NCBI RefSeq assembly: GCF_963974615.1
Contig: NZ_CAXBDH010000012.1
Span: 29,270-93,269 of the forward strand
Source: an uncultured Brevundimonas sp.
Lineage (GTDB): Bacteria; Pseudomonadota; Alphaproteobacteria; Caulobacterales; Caulobacteraceae
Reading direction: 5' to 3'
Length of the DNA: 64,000 nt
Shown here: positions 51,057 to 61,489 of the stretch, in pieces
How positions within the stretch are numbered: position 1 is the stretch's first letter
Layout of the letters: the number at the start of each line of letters is the position of its first letter
Notes under the pieces: generated by a model
Seen by the model: the letters and a program-made list of their open reading frames with translations, nothing else
Databases searched by the model: none
What the model was told of the DNA's origin: nothing
Position numbers and translations under genes: made by a program

Positions 51057-51517
51057 CCGAGCGGAACGGCCAGCGTCGCCTTGTGGCGTTTCTTCACGAA
51101 ACTGGTCTCGAACCGCCGCACGACGGGTTGTTCGAGCACGGACAGGGTGAAGGCATTGAACACCTCCATGTCGGCGGCCACGACCAGCAGGACGATGTCG
51201 AAGGCCCCGGCAATATCGAGACACAGCTGGACCTGCGGATGGGCGATCAGGCGCTGACGCAGCCGATTGCTCTCGTGCGGGACGTGGCTCTCCAGCTGGA
51301 CATGGATCACCGCCGACAGCGGATGGCCCGCCGCGGTGTCTGACAGGACCGCCGTCTCGACCTCGATCGCTCCTTCGGCCCGAAGTCGCCGCACACGACG
51401 GGCGACCGCCGAGGACGAGCGGCCGACCTGTTCGGCCAGCCGGTCCGCCGTCTGCAGATTATCCCATTGCAGACACATGAGGAGCGCCCGGTCCAGTTTG
51501 TCCAACACACGCGTCAT
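51053..51517 (-). CDS. Lrp/AsnC family transcriptional regulator
   Basis: N-terminal wHTH (LDKLDRALLMCLQWDNLQTADRLAEQVGRSSSAVARRVRRL) plus an AsnC-type ligand domain. Divergent from the S41 peptidase gene. Confidence 0.85.
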   Translation of the reverse strand: MTRVLDKLDRALLMCLQWDNLQTADRLAEQVGRSSSAVARRVRRLRAEGAIEVETAVLSDTAAGHPLSAVIHVQLESHVPHESNRLRQRLIAHPQVQLCLDIAGAFDIVLLVVAADMEVFNAFTLSVLEQPVVRRFETSFVKKRHKATLAVPLG

Positions 51518-51630
51518 CTGTCACTCACCGGCGATGTTTGCCAGAATTTGGCATTTCGACGTGAACGAATGCCCGAAATGTCCGCCGCTTCCAAGCGATA
51601 ACAGGGCATCAAACCAAAGGATTCCTCCGC

Positions 51631-52959
51631 ATGCGCTTCGTCGCCTTTCTGATCGCCATCGCTCTCGCCGCGACCGCCCTGCCCGTCCGGGCGCAGGCTC
51701 CATCACCGTCGGCCGCCGCGCATACCATTGAGCCCGCAGCCGTCGTGGCCGAGGTGCGCAGGGTGATCGGCGAACGCTATGTCCTGCCGGAGCGCCGGCC
51801 GGCGCTGGACGCGGTGCTGGCGGAGGGTCTTGCCTCGGGTCGCTACGCCGTCACCGACGGCGAGGTCCTGGCCGAACGGATCAACGCCGATCTCGATCGG
51901 GTCGGGCAGGACAAGCACCTGAGCTTCCGCTTCGATCCGCGCGAGGCCGCCATGCTCGCGGTCGGGTCGGTCGAGGAACCCGGTGACAATGCCGTCTTTG
52001 AACGGCTGGTTCGCCAGGCCAACCACGGGGTCACCGAGTTGCGTGTGTTGCCGGGCAATGTGCGGCTGATGACCTATGACGGTTTCCACTGGATCGGGGC
52101 CGAAAGCGCCGCCGCGCTCGACACCGCCATGCGTTTTCTCGCGGGCGGCGACGCGGTGATCATCGACTTGCGCGGGAACGGCGGCGGCAACCCCGAGGCG
52201 GTGCAGTATATCATCAGCCGGTTCCTGCCGGTCGATACGCCGCTGGTCACCTTCTATATGAACGGATCGGCCGAGGCTGATGGCTTTGCGGCCCTCCCCG
52301 TGCCACCCGAGCAACAGATGATCGGCAAGCCGCTCTATGTCCTGACCAGCGGCGGGACCGGGTCGGCGGCCGAGGAATTCACCGGCCACGTCGCCGGCTA
52401 TCACCTGGGACAGATCGTCGGAGCCAACACAGCCGGGGCAGCCTTCCGCAATGACATCGTCGCCGTCGCCGACCAGTTCGTGTTCAGCGTCTCTGTCGGC
52501 CGCGCCGTGCTGGCGTCGACGGGTAAGGACTGGGAGGGGGTCGGTCACGCGCCGACGATCACGACCGAAGTACCGGCGGCCCTCGACGTCGCCCACGCCA
52601 CCGCGCTGCGAACCCTGGCTGCCACCGCGCCCGCCGACGAACGCCCGGCGCTGGAGGCCGTGGCCGAAGCGATGGAGGCCCGAGCGCTCGGGCGCACGCC
52701 GGACCTGGCCCTGACGGCCTATGCCGGTGTCTATGGCGAGCGCAGTCTCACCACGGACGGCGTGCGGTTGTTCACGCAGCGCGGCGGCCGCCCGCCGATC
52801 CCGCTGATCCCCCTCGGCGGTCACCGCTTCGCCGTCGAAACCGCGCCGGCCATGCGGATGGTGTTCGAGGCGGCGGGCTCGACCATTCAGGCCATGACGG
52901 TCGACTACGCCGGCGGTCCCGCCCAGCCGCGGGTCGAACGTACCGACGCTCCCCGCTGA
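51631..52959 (+). CDS. S41 family peptidase (tail-specific protease-like), exported
   Basis: Signal peptide MRFVAFLIAIALAATALPVRAQA. IDLRGNGGGN and TSGGTGSAAEEF (catalytic Ser region). Confidence 0.75.
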   Translation: MRFVAFLIAIALAATALPVRAQAPSPSAAAHTIEPAAVVAEVRRVIGERYVLPERRPALDAVLAEGLASGRYAVTDGEVLAERINADLDRVGQDKHLSFRFDPREAAMLAVGSVEEPGDNAVFERLVRQANHGVTELRVLPGNVRLMTYDGFHWIGAESAAALDTAMRFLAGGDAVIIDLRGNGGGNPEAVQYIISRFLPVDTPLVTFYMNGSAEADGFAALPVPPEQQMIGKPLYVLTSGGTGSAAEEFTGHVAGYHLGQIVGANTAGAAFRNDIVAVADQFVFSVSVGRAVLASTGKDWEGVGHAPTITTEVPAALDVAHATALRTLAATAPADERPALEAVAEAMEARALGRTPDLALTAYAGVYGERSLTTDGVRLFTQRGGRPPIPLIPLGGHRFAVETAPAMRMVFEAAGSTIQAMTVDYAGGPAQPRVERTDAPR

Positions 52960-52962
52960 TCG

Positions 52963-55380
52963 TCAGGTTCCGCGCGGTTTGACCCGGTTGGTCGGCGGGG
53001 CCTCGGCCGGGTTCTCGGGCCACGGATGGCGGGGATAGCGGCCGCGCATCTCGGCCCGAACCGCCGCCCACGACCCGGCCCAGAAGCCCGGCAGGTCCTT
53101 CGTCACCTGCACCGGCCGCCGCGCCGGTGACAGCAGGGCCAGGGTCAGGGGCACGCCACCAACGACCGGATGCGTCGTCACGCCGAACAGTTCCTGCACG
53201 CGGATATCGACGCGCGGCCCGCCCTCGGCGGCATAGTCGATCGCGGCACTGCCCAGCGGTGTGGTCAGCCGCGCCGGAGCCAGCTCGTCCAGTGCCCTGT
53301 GCCGGTCCCACGGAATCAGGGTGCGCAGGCCCTGTTCCAGTGCCGCATCACCGATACCCGCCAGCGACTTCGCCGAGTCCAGCAGGGGCCACAGCCAGGT
53401 CTCGCGCGTCGTCTCCAGCCCCGCATCCGTCACATCGGGCCAGCCGTCGTCCAGGGTCCGCAGAAAGGCCAGTCGCGCCCGCAATGCCCCGGCCCGTTCG
53501 CCCCAATTCAGGCTCGACAGTCCTCCGGCCTCGACCTCGGCCCGCAGCGCCGCGGTGATCGCCGCCCGATCTGGCGCACCGGTGACCTTTTCGTCGACGA
53601 CAATGGCTCCCAGTCGCCGGATGCGCCGCATCTCCATCCGTCCCGACGGGACCTTCGTCAGCCGGTCCTCGATCGTGATCCGGTGTTCCAGCGTCGCGGG
53701 ATCGACCGGCGCGGCCAGCCGGATACGATCGTGCGCCTCGCCCCCGCCCATTTCGGCCACGGCCAGCCACGGTTCGCGCGCCAACGTTTCGGTCGGGTCA
53801 AGAAAGGCTCCGCGACCCGAGGCCAGCAGCATCTCACCCGGCTTACCCCGCGCCCGCGCCACCCGCTCGGGAAAGGCCTCGGTCAGCAGGAGCCCGGGAT
53901 CAACGGAGCCCCCCTTGCCGCCCCCGGCGGACCGGGCCCAGCGTTCCGCCAATTTCATCGCATCGCGCGCCCGCGGCGACCGATCCTGCCGCAACTGCCG
54001 CAGTCGCTCGCCCAGGTCCGGGTCCCGACCGCCCAGTCCGGGTTCGCTCAGGATCGCCGCGATCCGCCCGCCGGTCAGGGCGTCCCCGGCGTCAGACGCC
54101 ACCGCCATAAGATGGGCCAGACGCGGCGTCAGCGGGATGCGGATCAATCGCCGCCCGTGCGCCGTCAGACGCCCCTCCCCGTCCAGCGCTCCCAGCCGGG
54201 CCAGCACCGCCCGTGCCTCGGCGAAGGCTCCGGCCGGCGGCGCGTCCAGCAGGGCCAGCCGCTCGGCCGTGCGTGCCCCCCACCGTGCCAGATCCAGGGC
54301 AAAGCCGGTCAGGTCGGTCTCCAGAATCTCGGGCCGCTGGTGCGGGACCAGACCGCGGGTCTGTTCCTCGTCCCACAGCCGGTAGCAGACGCCCGGTTCG
54401 GTTCGCCCGGCACGCCCGCGCCGCTGTTCGGCGGACGAGCGACTGACCTTCACCGTCGCCAGTCGGGTCAGGCCACTGGACGGCTCGAAGCGCGGCACCC
54501 GCGACAGCCCCCCGTCGATCACCACCCGCACTCCCTCGATGGTCAGGCTGGTCTCGGCCACCGAGGTGGCCAGCACCACCTTGCGTCGACCGGATGGCGA
54601 CGGCTCCAGCGCCCGGTCCTGTTCAGTCTTGTCCATGGCCCCGTACAGCGGCACCACATCGACGGCCGGATCGCGCAGCCGCGCCTTCAGCACCTGGGCC
54701 GTGCGATGGATCTCGCCCTGCCCCGGCAGAAAGACCAGCACCGAGCCCGTCTCATCGCCCAGCGCTTGCACTACCGCCCGGGCCATCGCCTCTTCCAGCC
54801 GTTCGACGGGATTGCGCCCGGCATAGCGGGTCTCGACCGGGAACATCCGCCCCTTCGCCTCGATCACCGGGGCCCCGTCCAGCAGCCGGGCCACCCCCAC
54901 GATGTCCAGCGTCGCCGACATCACCAGCAGCCGCAGATCCTCGCGCAATACCATCTGGCTATCCCGCGCCAGGGCCAGTCCGAGGTCGGCGTCGAGACTG
55001 CGTTCGTGGAATTCGTCGAACAGCACGACGCCGACACCCTCCAGACCGGGGTCGTCGAGGATCATCCGGGTGAAGACGCCCTCGGTGATCACCTCGATCC
55101 GGGTGTCCGGTCCGATACGACTCTGCAGCCGGGTGCGATAACCGACGGTCTGACCGGGCGTCTCACCAAGGGTCGAGGCCATGCGCGCTGCTGCCGCCCG
55201 CGCCGCCAGTCGTCTCGGCTCGAGCACCAGAATTTTCGCGCCCGCCAGCCACGGCTGATCCAGCAGGGCCAGCGGCACGACCGTGGTCTTGCCCGCGCCC
55301 GGCGGGGCGGCCAGCACCACTGTACCGTTCGCCGAAAGCGCAGTCTTCAGCTCCTCGAGAACGGCGTGAATGGGCAGCAT
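52963..55380 (-). CDS. hrpB: ATP-dependent RNA helicase HrpB (DEAH-box)
   Basis: GAGKTT, DEFHE, SAT, and the TSVAETSLTIEGV and QRRGRAGR motifs, with a HrpB-type C-terminal domain. Confidence 0.9.
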   Translation of the reverse strand: MLPIHAVLEELKTALSANGTVVLAAPPGAGKTTVVPLALLDQPWLAGAKILVLEPRRLAARAAAARMASTLGETPGQTVGYRTRLQSRIGPDTRIEVITEGVFTRMILDDPGLEGVGVVLFDEFHERSLDADLGLALARDSQMVLREDLRLLVMSATLDIVGVARLLDGAPVIEAKGRMFPVETRYAGRNPVERLEEAMARAVVQALGDETGSVLVFLPGQGEIHRTAQVLKARLRDPAVDVVPLYGAMDKTEQDRALEPSPSGRRKVVLATSVAETSLTIEGVRVVIDGGLSRVPRFEPSSGLTRLATVKVSRSSAEQRRGRAGRTEPGVCYRLWDEEQTRGLVPHQRPEILETDLTGFALDLARWGARTAERLALLDAPPAGAFAEARAVLARLGALDGEGRLTAHGRRLIRIPLTPRLAHLMAVASDAGDALTGGRIAAILSEPGLGGRDPDLGERLRQLRQDRSPRARDAMKLAERWARSAGGGKGGSVDPGLLLTEAFPERVARARGKPGEMLLASGRGAFLDPTETLAREPWLAVAEMGGGEAHDRIRLAAPVDPATLEHRITIEDRLTKVPSGRMEMRRIRRLGAIVVDEKVTGAPDRAAITAALRAEVEAGGLSSLNWGERAGALRARLAFLRTLDDGWPDVTDAGLETTRETWLWPLLDSAKSLAGIGDAALEQGLRTLIPWDRHRALDELAPARLTTPLGSAAIDYAAEGGPRVDIRVQELFGVTTHPVVGGVPLTLALLSPARRPVQVTKDLPGFWAGSWAAVRAEMRGRYPRHPWPENPAEAPPTNRVKPRGT

Positions 55381-55534
55381 CCCGCGGGTCTAGCCGCATC
55401 GGGACGCATCACGAAAGCGTCGTGATTTATTCACCTTGCGTAAACCGCGTTGCCAGCCGGGTCCGACGCCGCTAGCGTCCGCGACATTGAAGGCGGCCCG
55501 GGGAGGGTTTGCCGTATATAGGGGGCGAGACTCT

Positions 55535-57238
55535 ATGTCCGCAGAAGGCCTTAGGCCCAAGGGGAACCGCCTGTTCCTCAAGAAATCCGTAGCCCAGATC
55601 CAGAAAGAGGCCGCCAAGAGCGAGCTGAAACGGTCCCTGGGTCCCATCAACCTGATGAGTCTGGGTATCGGCGCCATCATCGGTGCCGGTATCTTCGTGC
55701 TGACCGGTCAGGTCGCTGCAGACTATGCCGGTCCGGCCATCATGCTGTCCTTCGTGGCCGCCGGTATCGCCGTCGCCCTCGCCGGCCTCTGCTACGCCGA
55801 ACTGGCCTCGACCATGCCGGTCTCGGGCTCGGCCTATACCTATGCCTACGGCACCCTGGGCGAGATCTTCGCCTGGATCATGGGCTGGCTGCTCGTCCTC
55901 GAATACGGCATCGCCGCCTCAACCGTCGCGGTCGGTTGGTCCGGCTATGTCGTGTCGATCATGGGCGATTTCGGTCTGTCCCAGACCCTGTTCCCGGCGA
56001 TCCAGTACGCTGGTCAGGAGGGGGCCATGTGGGCCACCCCGATGATCGAGGCTGTTCGCGCCGATCACGGCACGGTCCTGGCCGCGACGGGCACCTTCAA
56101 CCTGGTGGCGGCCATCGGCATCGCTGCCGTGTGCAGCCTGCTGGTCCTGGGTGTCAGCGAGTCGGCGAACGTGAACAACGTCATCGTCGTCATCAAGATC
56201 ATCGTGCTGCTGACCTTCATCGGCGTCGGCATCTCCTATGTGAACCCCGACAACTGGCATCCGTTTATTCCCGCCGCCGACCCGGCCGTTCCGGGTCGCT
56301 ACGGCTATGACGGCATCATGCGCGGGGCGGCGATCATCTTCTTCGCCTACGTCGGCTTCGAAGCGGTTTCGACCGCTGCGGCCGAGGCCAAGAACCCGTC
56401 CCGGGACGTGCCGATCGGCATCCTCGGCGCGCTGATCGTCTGCACTGTCATCTATATGGCCGTCGCCGCTGTCATGACCGGCGTGGTTCCCTATGCCGAG
56501 CTGAGCAGCCCGGCCCCCGTCGCCGTCGCCATCGACCGTATGGGCCTGCACTGGGCCGATATTCCGCTGGCGGTCGCACCGGGCGGTCAGCTGAACCTCA
56601 TCAGCTTCCTGATCAAGATCGGGGCCATCACCGGCCTCAGCTCGGTCATGCTGGTGCTCTGCTACGGTCAGACGCGCATCTTCTACACGATGGCCCGTGA
56701 CGGCCTGCTGCCGCGGGTCTTCGCCATCATCCATCCGAAGTTCCGCACCCCCTGGCTGGGCACCATCCTGCTGGGCGTGCTGATCGCGACAACGGCGGCC
56801 TTCCTGCCGATCAGCCTGCTCGGTCAGCTGGTGTCGTTCGGCACGGCGGTGGCCTTCTCCATCGTCTGCCTGTCGGTCATCTATCTCCGGGTCAAACACC
56901 CCGAGCTGCCCCGTCCGTTCCGGGTTCCCGGCGGTATCTTCACCGCCCTGCTCGGCATCGCCGCCTGTATGTATCTGGCCTGGAAGAATTTCCAGCCGAT
57001 GCTGGAGTCGGCCTTCCCGACACCGGACCAACTGGCTGCCGGTGCCATCGCCGACCCGCTGACCCTGCAGCTGCTGGGTGGCTACGCCGCCATCGGTGCC
57101 GTGATCTATGCCGTCTACGGCTTCTGGCACTCCAAGCTGGCCAAGGGCATCGACATCACCGAGGACGTCTCGCTCGAAAGCGCTTCTGACGCCTTCGTGC
57201 ATGGTGTCGACCCCAAGGTCCACGACCCCAAGGACTGA
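55535..57238 (+). CDS. APC-superfamily amino acid permease (cationic amino acid transporter-like)
   Basis: Start at MSAEGLRPK. LMSLGIGAIIGAGIFVLTG and 12-14 hydrophobic helices. The track start (TTG 55436) adds a non-hydrophobic leader. Confidence 0.85.
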   Translation: MSAEGLRPKGNRLFLKKSVAQIQKEAAKSELKRSLGPINLMSLGIGAIIGAGIFVLTGQVAADYAGPAIMLSFVAAGIAVALAGLCYAELASTMPVSGSAYTYAYGTLGEIFAWIMGWLLVLEYGIAASTVAVGWSGYVVSIMGDFGLSQTLFPAIQYAGQEGAMWATPMIEAVRADHGTVLAATGTFNLVAAIGIAAVCSLLVLGVSESANVNNVIVVIKIIVLLTFIGVGISYVNPDNWHPFIPAADPAVPGRYGYDGIMRGAAIIFFAYVGFEAVSTAAAEAKNPSRDVPIGILGALIVCTVIYMAVAAVMTGVVPYAELSSPAPVAVAIDRMGLHWADIPLAVAPGGQLNLISFLIKIGAITGLSSVMLVLCYGQTRIFYTMARDGLLPRVFAIIHPKFRTPWLGTILLGVLIATTAAFLPISLLGQLVSFGTAVAFSIVCLSVIYLRVKHPELPRPFRVPGGIFTALLGIAACMYLAWKNFQPMLESAFPTPDQLAAGAIADPLTLQLLGGYAAIGAVIYAVYGFWHSKLAKGIDITEDVSLESASDAFVHGVDPKVHDPKD

Positions 57239-57265
57239 TCCTCGATCAGCCCCTGAAACGAGAGA

Positions 57266-57292
57266 GGCCCGGGAGCGATCCCGGGCCTTTTT
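57266..57292 (+). terminator. Rho-independent terminator after the permease gene
   Basis: 9-bp perfect stem GGCCCGGGA / TCCCGGGCC with loop GCGA, followed by TTTTT. Confidence 0.8.
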
Positions 57293-57741
57293 CATTGTCC
57301 GCATTGCCCACCGCGTCGTGCTCGCCTTTGTTGTCACAGGCCTTTCCATCGGCGGGAGGGCGTTGTCGGGAGTTTTGTGCAGTAGCGCCGCAATACATCC
57401 GCGTCAGATACGTGGGCATAGCGGGCGGTCGACGTGATGAAGTCGAACACCGGACGGTGCCTGAACCCCGGCGCGGACCGTCTGACCGAGCGGCCGCAGA
57501 TTGGGTTGGCACGACCTACAGCCCCCTTCTTCCCAAGGCGGACCAATCCCCCGCTTGTTGCGGTCGAATTCCCGCCAAAGGCGAGGTACCGGGATCGACA
57601 AGCACAGGAGTTGTGACCCTCGTCGGAATGGTGCATTTGTTTGAATGCCAAGGCCTAATCCTGCCCGACCTGAGGCCGGTCGCCTGTTCGTAGTATGCTT
57701 TTTCAGGGAGCGGTCCTGGGTATTTTGGGGAGCCGCCTGTC

Positions 57742-60700
57742 ATGTCTTCGATCAATTCCCGTGAGTCTTTCGGCGCGCGCACGTCCTCGTTTGTGATCGA
57801 TTCCAGGGCCTCCGGCCTGATCCGCACGGGCCTGCTGGGCGGTACGGCCCTGGTCGCGGCGGGTCTGGTCGCGACGGGGGCCATGGCCCAGACCTATGTG
57901 GTTGGCGGCAGCCCTGTCGTGCTCAGCGGCGGCGGGACGGTGATCGTCAATGCCGATATTACCGCCATCACTCACGCCCTTGAACTCACAGGAGCCTTTG
58001 CGATCGAGGTCCGTACCGGTGTTCAGATCAAGGCGAACCAGCAGGCCTTGCGCCTCATTGGCTCCGGTAGCAGCGCGACCAATTTCGGGGCCATCACGTC
58101 GTTGGTTAACGGTTCAATCCCAATCCTCTTTTTAACACCCGACTCCGTCAACAACCGTGTCATCAACGAGGTCGGTGCTTCAGTTGTTTCGTCAAACGGC
58201 ACGGTCATTTCCAGCCGCGGAGTGCTGACCCTCATCAACGCTGGATCGATAACCTCTGTTACCTCGACGTCGGCGTTACCGCCGGCGGTTGTTGCCGATG
58301 GCGCGCTGACCCTCACCAACAATACCGGCGGGACAATTTCAGGCGCCCAAGGGGTACTTGCCCTGGGGGTGGGCACGGTGACCAACGCCGTGGGCGCGAC
58401 GATCACCAGTTCTCTTCTTCCCGCCGTTTATCTCACCGGTTCTGGATCGGTGCTCGACAATGCCGGGTCCATCTCAGTGAACCCCGGTTCGGCTTCGGCC
58501 GTGCAATTTTCTGGTTCTGGAACGGTCGTGAACCGAACGGGCGGAACCATCTCCTCCGCCCGTGGCAACGGCTTGCGGATGGACGGGCCGGGCGCATCCG
58601 TCACCAACGCCGGTTCGATCGAGGGGGGCACAATTGGCGTGCTCCTGCTCGGAACAAATGCTGTCCTGAACAACAGCGGCACGGTCAGCGGTGGTCTGAA
58701 CGGCGTGCGCCTCGACGGCGGCACGAGCACGATCACCAACCAGTCTGGCGGTGTCATTGGCCTCATGCCCTCGAGCGGCATGTCCACAGCCATCCTGCTG
58801 ACGGGGGCGGGCTACACTCTGAACCTGGAGGCCGGATCGACCGTCAACGGCATGATCGACGCCTCGACCACGACAGGTCTCAACACCGTGACCATCGGCG
58901 GCACAGTAACCGGCACCTATTCCGGTGGCTCGGGGTCCGATGCCGTCACCCTGCTGGGCGGGGCGACTGTCGCAGCACTACTGGGGGGAGCCGGTGACGA
59001 TTCCCTGAGCTTGAGCGGCCTGGCCGACGGCACGCTGAATATCGGCCTGGTGTCCGGTTTCGAGAGCCGGACGATGAACGGAGACGGTACCTGGACTCTG
59101 AGCGGGGTGGACGCTGAAGCCGTCGACTGGACCCTGAACAGCGGCACCCTGCGTCTAACCGGCGGCCAGTCGGTCAGCGACAGCGCCGGCATCCGGGTCA
59201 ATACCGGCGCGGCCCTCTCGGTCGGTGCCAGTGAGACCATCGGGGCCCTGAACGGCACTGGTAATGTCGCGATCAGCTCAGGATCTTTGACCTTTGGCGG
59301 CGTGACGTCGGTCTTTAGCGGCACCCTGTCCGGCGGCGGTTCGCTGGTCCATACGAGCGACCTGTTCAGCCTGTCAGGCAATCATACGCTGCAGTCGCTG
59401 AGCAATACCGGCGGTGAGCTGCGCTTCGTCGGCACCACCACCGGCGACGTTGCTGTCACCGGTGGCAGCTTGACCGGGACGGCCACGATCGGTGGGGCCC
59501 TTACGGTCTCCAACGGCGCGACCCTGTCGCCCGGTGTGGTTGGTCAGGCCAGCAGCATCGGCCGTCTCTCGGCCGGTAGCCTGACCCTGAACGGCGGCAC
59601 CCTGTCGCTGGGCGTGCTGGGTACGGCCGGTGGCAACCTGTCCGACACCCTGGTGATCTCGGGCACAGCCAATCTGACCGGCGGCCTCATCGCCCCGACC
59701 TTCCTGGCCCCGGCCGGCGGCTATGATTTCGTGACGCACTATACGTTCCTGACGGCCGGCCAGCTGGTCGGCACCTTCGGCAACGGCGTCGAGTTCACCG
59801 CGGCGACAGGGCAGACGGGGATGTACTGGCGGGTGGTTTATGACCGGACCCCGAATGCGGCAGTGCTGGAACTGCGCAAGCTGACCGACTTCACTCTCGA
59901 GGTCGACGGCAGCGGCAACCAGAAAGCGGTCGGCCAGGCCCTGTCGAGCGGTCAGCTTGAGGCATCGGGCGACTGGGCCGGGGTGCTGGATCTGTTGTCC
60001 GGCCTGAACGGCACGCAGCAGCAGGCGGCGTTCGACAACCTGGGCGGCGAGGCCCTGGCCGATGTCTCCACCTCGATGTTCGCCGCCAATGATGCCTTCC
60101 TTGGCGCTGTCCGCGACGGCAGTGCCACCCACACGCCGGGTTCGGCTCCGCTCAGCTTCGCCAGCGCCTTCAGCTTCGTCGGCGGTCGCGACGGCGCGGC
60201 GGCCATGGTCACCGGCGTGCTCGACGCTTTTGACCCGTCGGCCGAGGCCGGTACGGGGCGCGGTGGCTGGATCTCGGTCCATGCCAGCGACATCGATCTT
60301 GAGGGCAAGGCCGGACAGGCCGATCTACAGACACGGCTGAACGGCTTCGTCGGCGGCTATGCCGTCGGCACCGGCGACTATGTGCTGGGCGCGGCGGCCG
60401 GGGCGACGCGGGTCGAGGGCAATGTGGCCGAACGACAGTCCTCCTTCGAGAGCGACCTGATCCATGCCGCCGGCTATGTGCGCTTTGACAACGGACGCTG
60501 GGCGGCTGACCTGACCGCCTCGGCCTATGGCGGCGAGATCGACAGCCGGCGCACGGTGACCGTCGGGGCCTTCACCGGACAGGCCACGGGCCAGACCCAT
60601 GGCGAGGGCCAGTCGGTGTCGCTCAGCGTCGCCCGCCGCATCGCCAATGAGCGCGGCGGTGCGGTCTCGGTCGGCCTGATGGAGACGATATCGCGCAGCA

Positions 60701-61095
60701 CGATCAACGGCTTTACTGAACGGGCCGCCGGTGGCCTGTCGCTGGAGGTCGCCAACCAGGAGCGCAACTGGCAGACGACGCAGCTGAACCTGCGCGGGAC
60801 CCAGGACTACCGGCTCAGCGGCGGCCAGCCGATGCGGCTGTACGGCGGCATCGGGGCGCTGGTGACCACGGGCGACCGTGAGGCCGCGGCCGACATGCGC
60901 TTCAGCGGGGCCGGGACCGGCTTCGGCGGCTTTGTCATCAAGGGGGCCGAGGCCCCGCCGCTGGCCGGGGTCGCTGAGTTCGGCATGGAATACCAGGCCC
61001 GCAAGGGCCTGACATTGTCGGCCGGTTATCGTGGTGTGGTCAGCGCTCGCCTGCGCGACAACCAGTTCGGGGCCCGCTTGAGCGTCCAATGGTAG
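57742..61095 (+). CDS. Autotransporter (type Va) outer membrane protein
   Basis: Long signal region ending ...GLVATGAMAQ. Gly/Thr/Ser-rich beta-helical passenger with autotransporter-associated beta-strand repeats (GDGTWTLSG..., NSGTLRLTGG...). C-terminal beta-barrel ending ...GARLSVQW. Confidence 0.85.
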   Translation: MSSINSRESFGARTSSFVIDSRASGLIRTGLLGGTALVAAGLVATGAMAQTYVVGGSPVVLSGGGTVIVNADITAITHALELTGAFAIEVRTGVQIKANQQALRLIGSGSSATNFGAITSLVNGSIPILFLTPDSVNNRVINEVGASVVSSNGTVISSRGVLTLINAGSITSVTSTSALPPAVVADGALTLTNNTGGTISGAQGVLALGVGTVTNAVGATITSSLLPAVYLTGSGSVLDNAGSISVNPGSASAVQFSGSGTVVNRTGGTISSARGNGLRMDGPGASVTNAGSIEGGTIGVLLLGTNAVLNNSGTVSGGLNGVRLDGGTSTITNQSGGVIGLMPSSGMSTAILLTGAGYTLNLEAGSTVNGMIDASTTTGLNTVTIGGTVTGTYSGGSGSDAVTLLGGATVAALLGGAGDDSLSLSGLADGTLNIGLVSGFESRTMNGDGTWTLSGVDAEAVDWTLNSGTLRLTGGQSVSDSAGIRVNTGAALSVGASETIGALNGTGNVAISSGSLTFGGVTSVFSGTLSGGGSLVHTSDLFSLSGNHTLQSLSNTGGELRFVGTTTGDVAVTGGSLTGTATIGGALTVSNGATLSPGVVGQASSIGRLSAGSLTLNGGTLSLGVLGTAGGNLSDTLVISGTANLTGGLIAPTFLAPAGGYDFVTHYTFLTAGQLVGTFGNGVEFTAATGQTGMYWRVVYDRTPNAAVLELRKLTDFTLEVDGSGNQKAVGQALSSGQLEASGDWAGVLDLLSGLNGTQQQAAFDNLGGEALADVSTSMFAANDAFLGAVRDGSATHTPGSAPLSFASAFSFVGGRDGAAAMVTGVLDAFDPSAEAGTGRGGWISVHASDIDLEGKAGQADLQTRLNGFVGGYAVGTGDYVLGAAAGATRVEGNVAERQSSFESDLIHAAGYVRFDNGRWAADLTASAYGGEIDSRRTVTVGAFTGQATGQTHGEGQSVSLSVARRIANERGGAVSVGLMETISRSTINGFTERAAGGLSLEVANQERNWQTTQLNLRGTQDYRLSGGQPMRLYGGIGALVTTGDREAAADMRFSGAGTGFGGFVIKGAEAPPLAGVAEFGMEYQARKGLTLSAGYRGVVSARLRDNQFGARLSVQW

Positions 61096-61317
61096 GTGGT
61101 GACCTGCCCCTGAGAATTTCTTCCCCTCGGCGCTAGAGTATTGCCGGTGCCGTCGTTGATCGGAACCGAAGTCGTGACCAATTGCGGGACGGCGGCGATC
61201 TCGGCCGGGGCCTGTAGGGCTTACCCGCACAACGCTTCGCATGTCCGCGATCTGTTGCGGGCTTTGCCGTCTTGTTAGCCCGGCTCAATGCCCCTAGAAC
61301 CCCCGCCAGACCTAAGC

Positions 61318-61402
61318 GCGGATGTGGCGGAACTGGTAGACGCACTGGATTTAGGTTCCAGCGCCGCAAGGCGTGGAGGTTCGAGTCCTCTCATCCGCAC
61401 CA
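61318..61402 (+). tRNA. tRNA-Leu (anticodon TAG)
   Basis: 85-nt cloverleaf folded by eye. Acceptor stem GCGGATG/CATCCGC, anticodon stem CTGGA/TCCAG with loop TTTAGGT, long variable arm CGCCGCAAGGCGTG, T-loop GGTTCGAGTCC, encoded CCA. Confidence 0.9.
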
Positions 61403-61411
61403 TCGTCACCG

Positions 61412-61442
61412 CCCGCACCGGCCCGGTCGCGGGTTTTCTTTT
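61412..61442 (+). terminator. Terminator-like hairpin after tRNA-Leu
   Basis: Stem CCCGCACCG / CGGTCGCGGG (one bulge) followed by TTTTCTTTT. Confidence 0.6.
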
Positions 61443-61489
61443 GCACCAATCGTTCTTGATTTGTTCCATTTCTCGATATAGCCTTTGTC

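Noticed and set aside
53170-55425. 751-aa plus-strand ORF opposite hrpB. Similar long antisense or out-of-frame ORFs occur at 5445-6773, 26058-27617, 36148-37722, 43116-44246, 45151-46446, 49177-50133, 50097-51224, 55919-57349 and 59374-60282.
   Set aside because: All lie opposite or out of frame to genes with unmistakable conserved motifs. They are Arg/Gly/Pro/Asp/His-rich with no recognisable domains, the expected shadow ORFs of high-GC DNA with few stop codons.
57295-57693. 132-aa plus-strand ORF and several 60-105-aa ORFs in the permease/autotransporter gap as real genes or gene remnants.
   Set aside because: No RBS support, Cys/Arg/Pro-rich compositions, mutually overlapping on both strands, and no similarity to any family I recognise, including transposase or integrase fragments.
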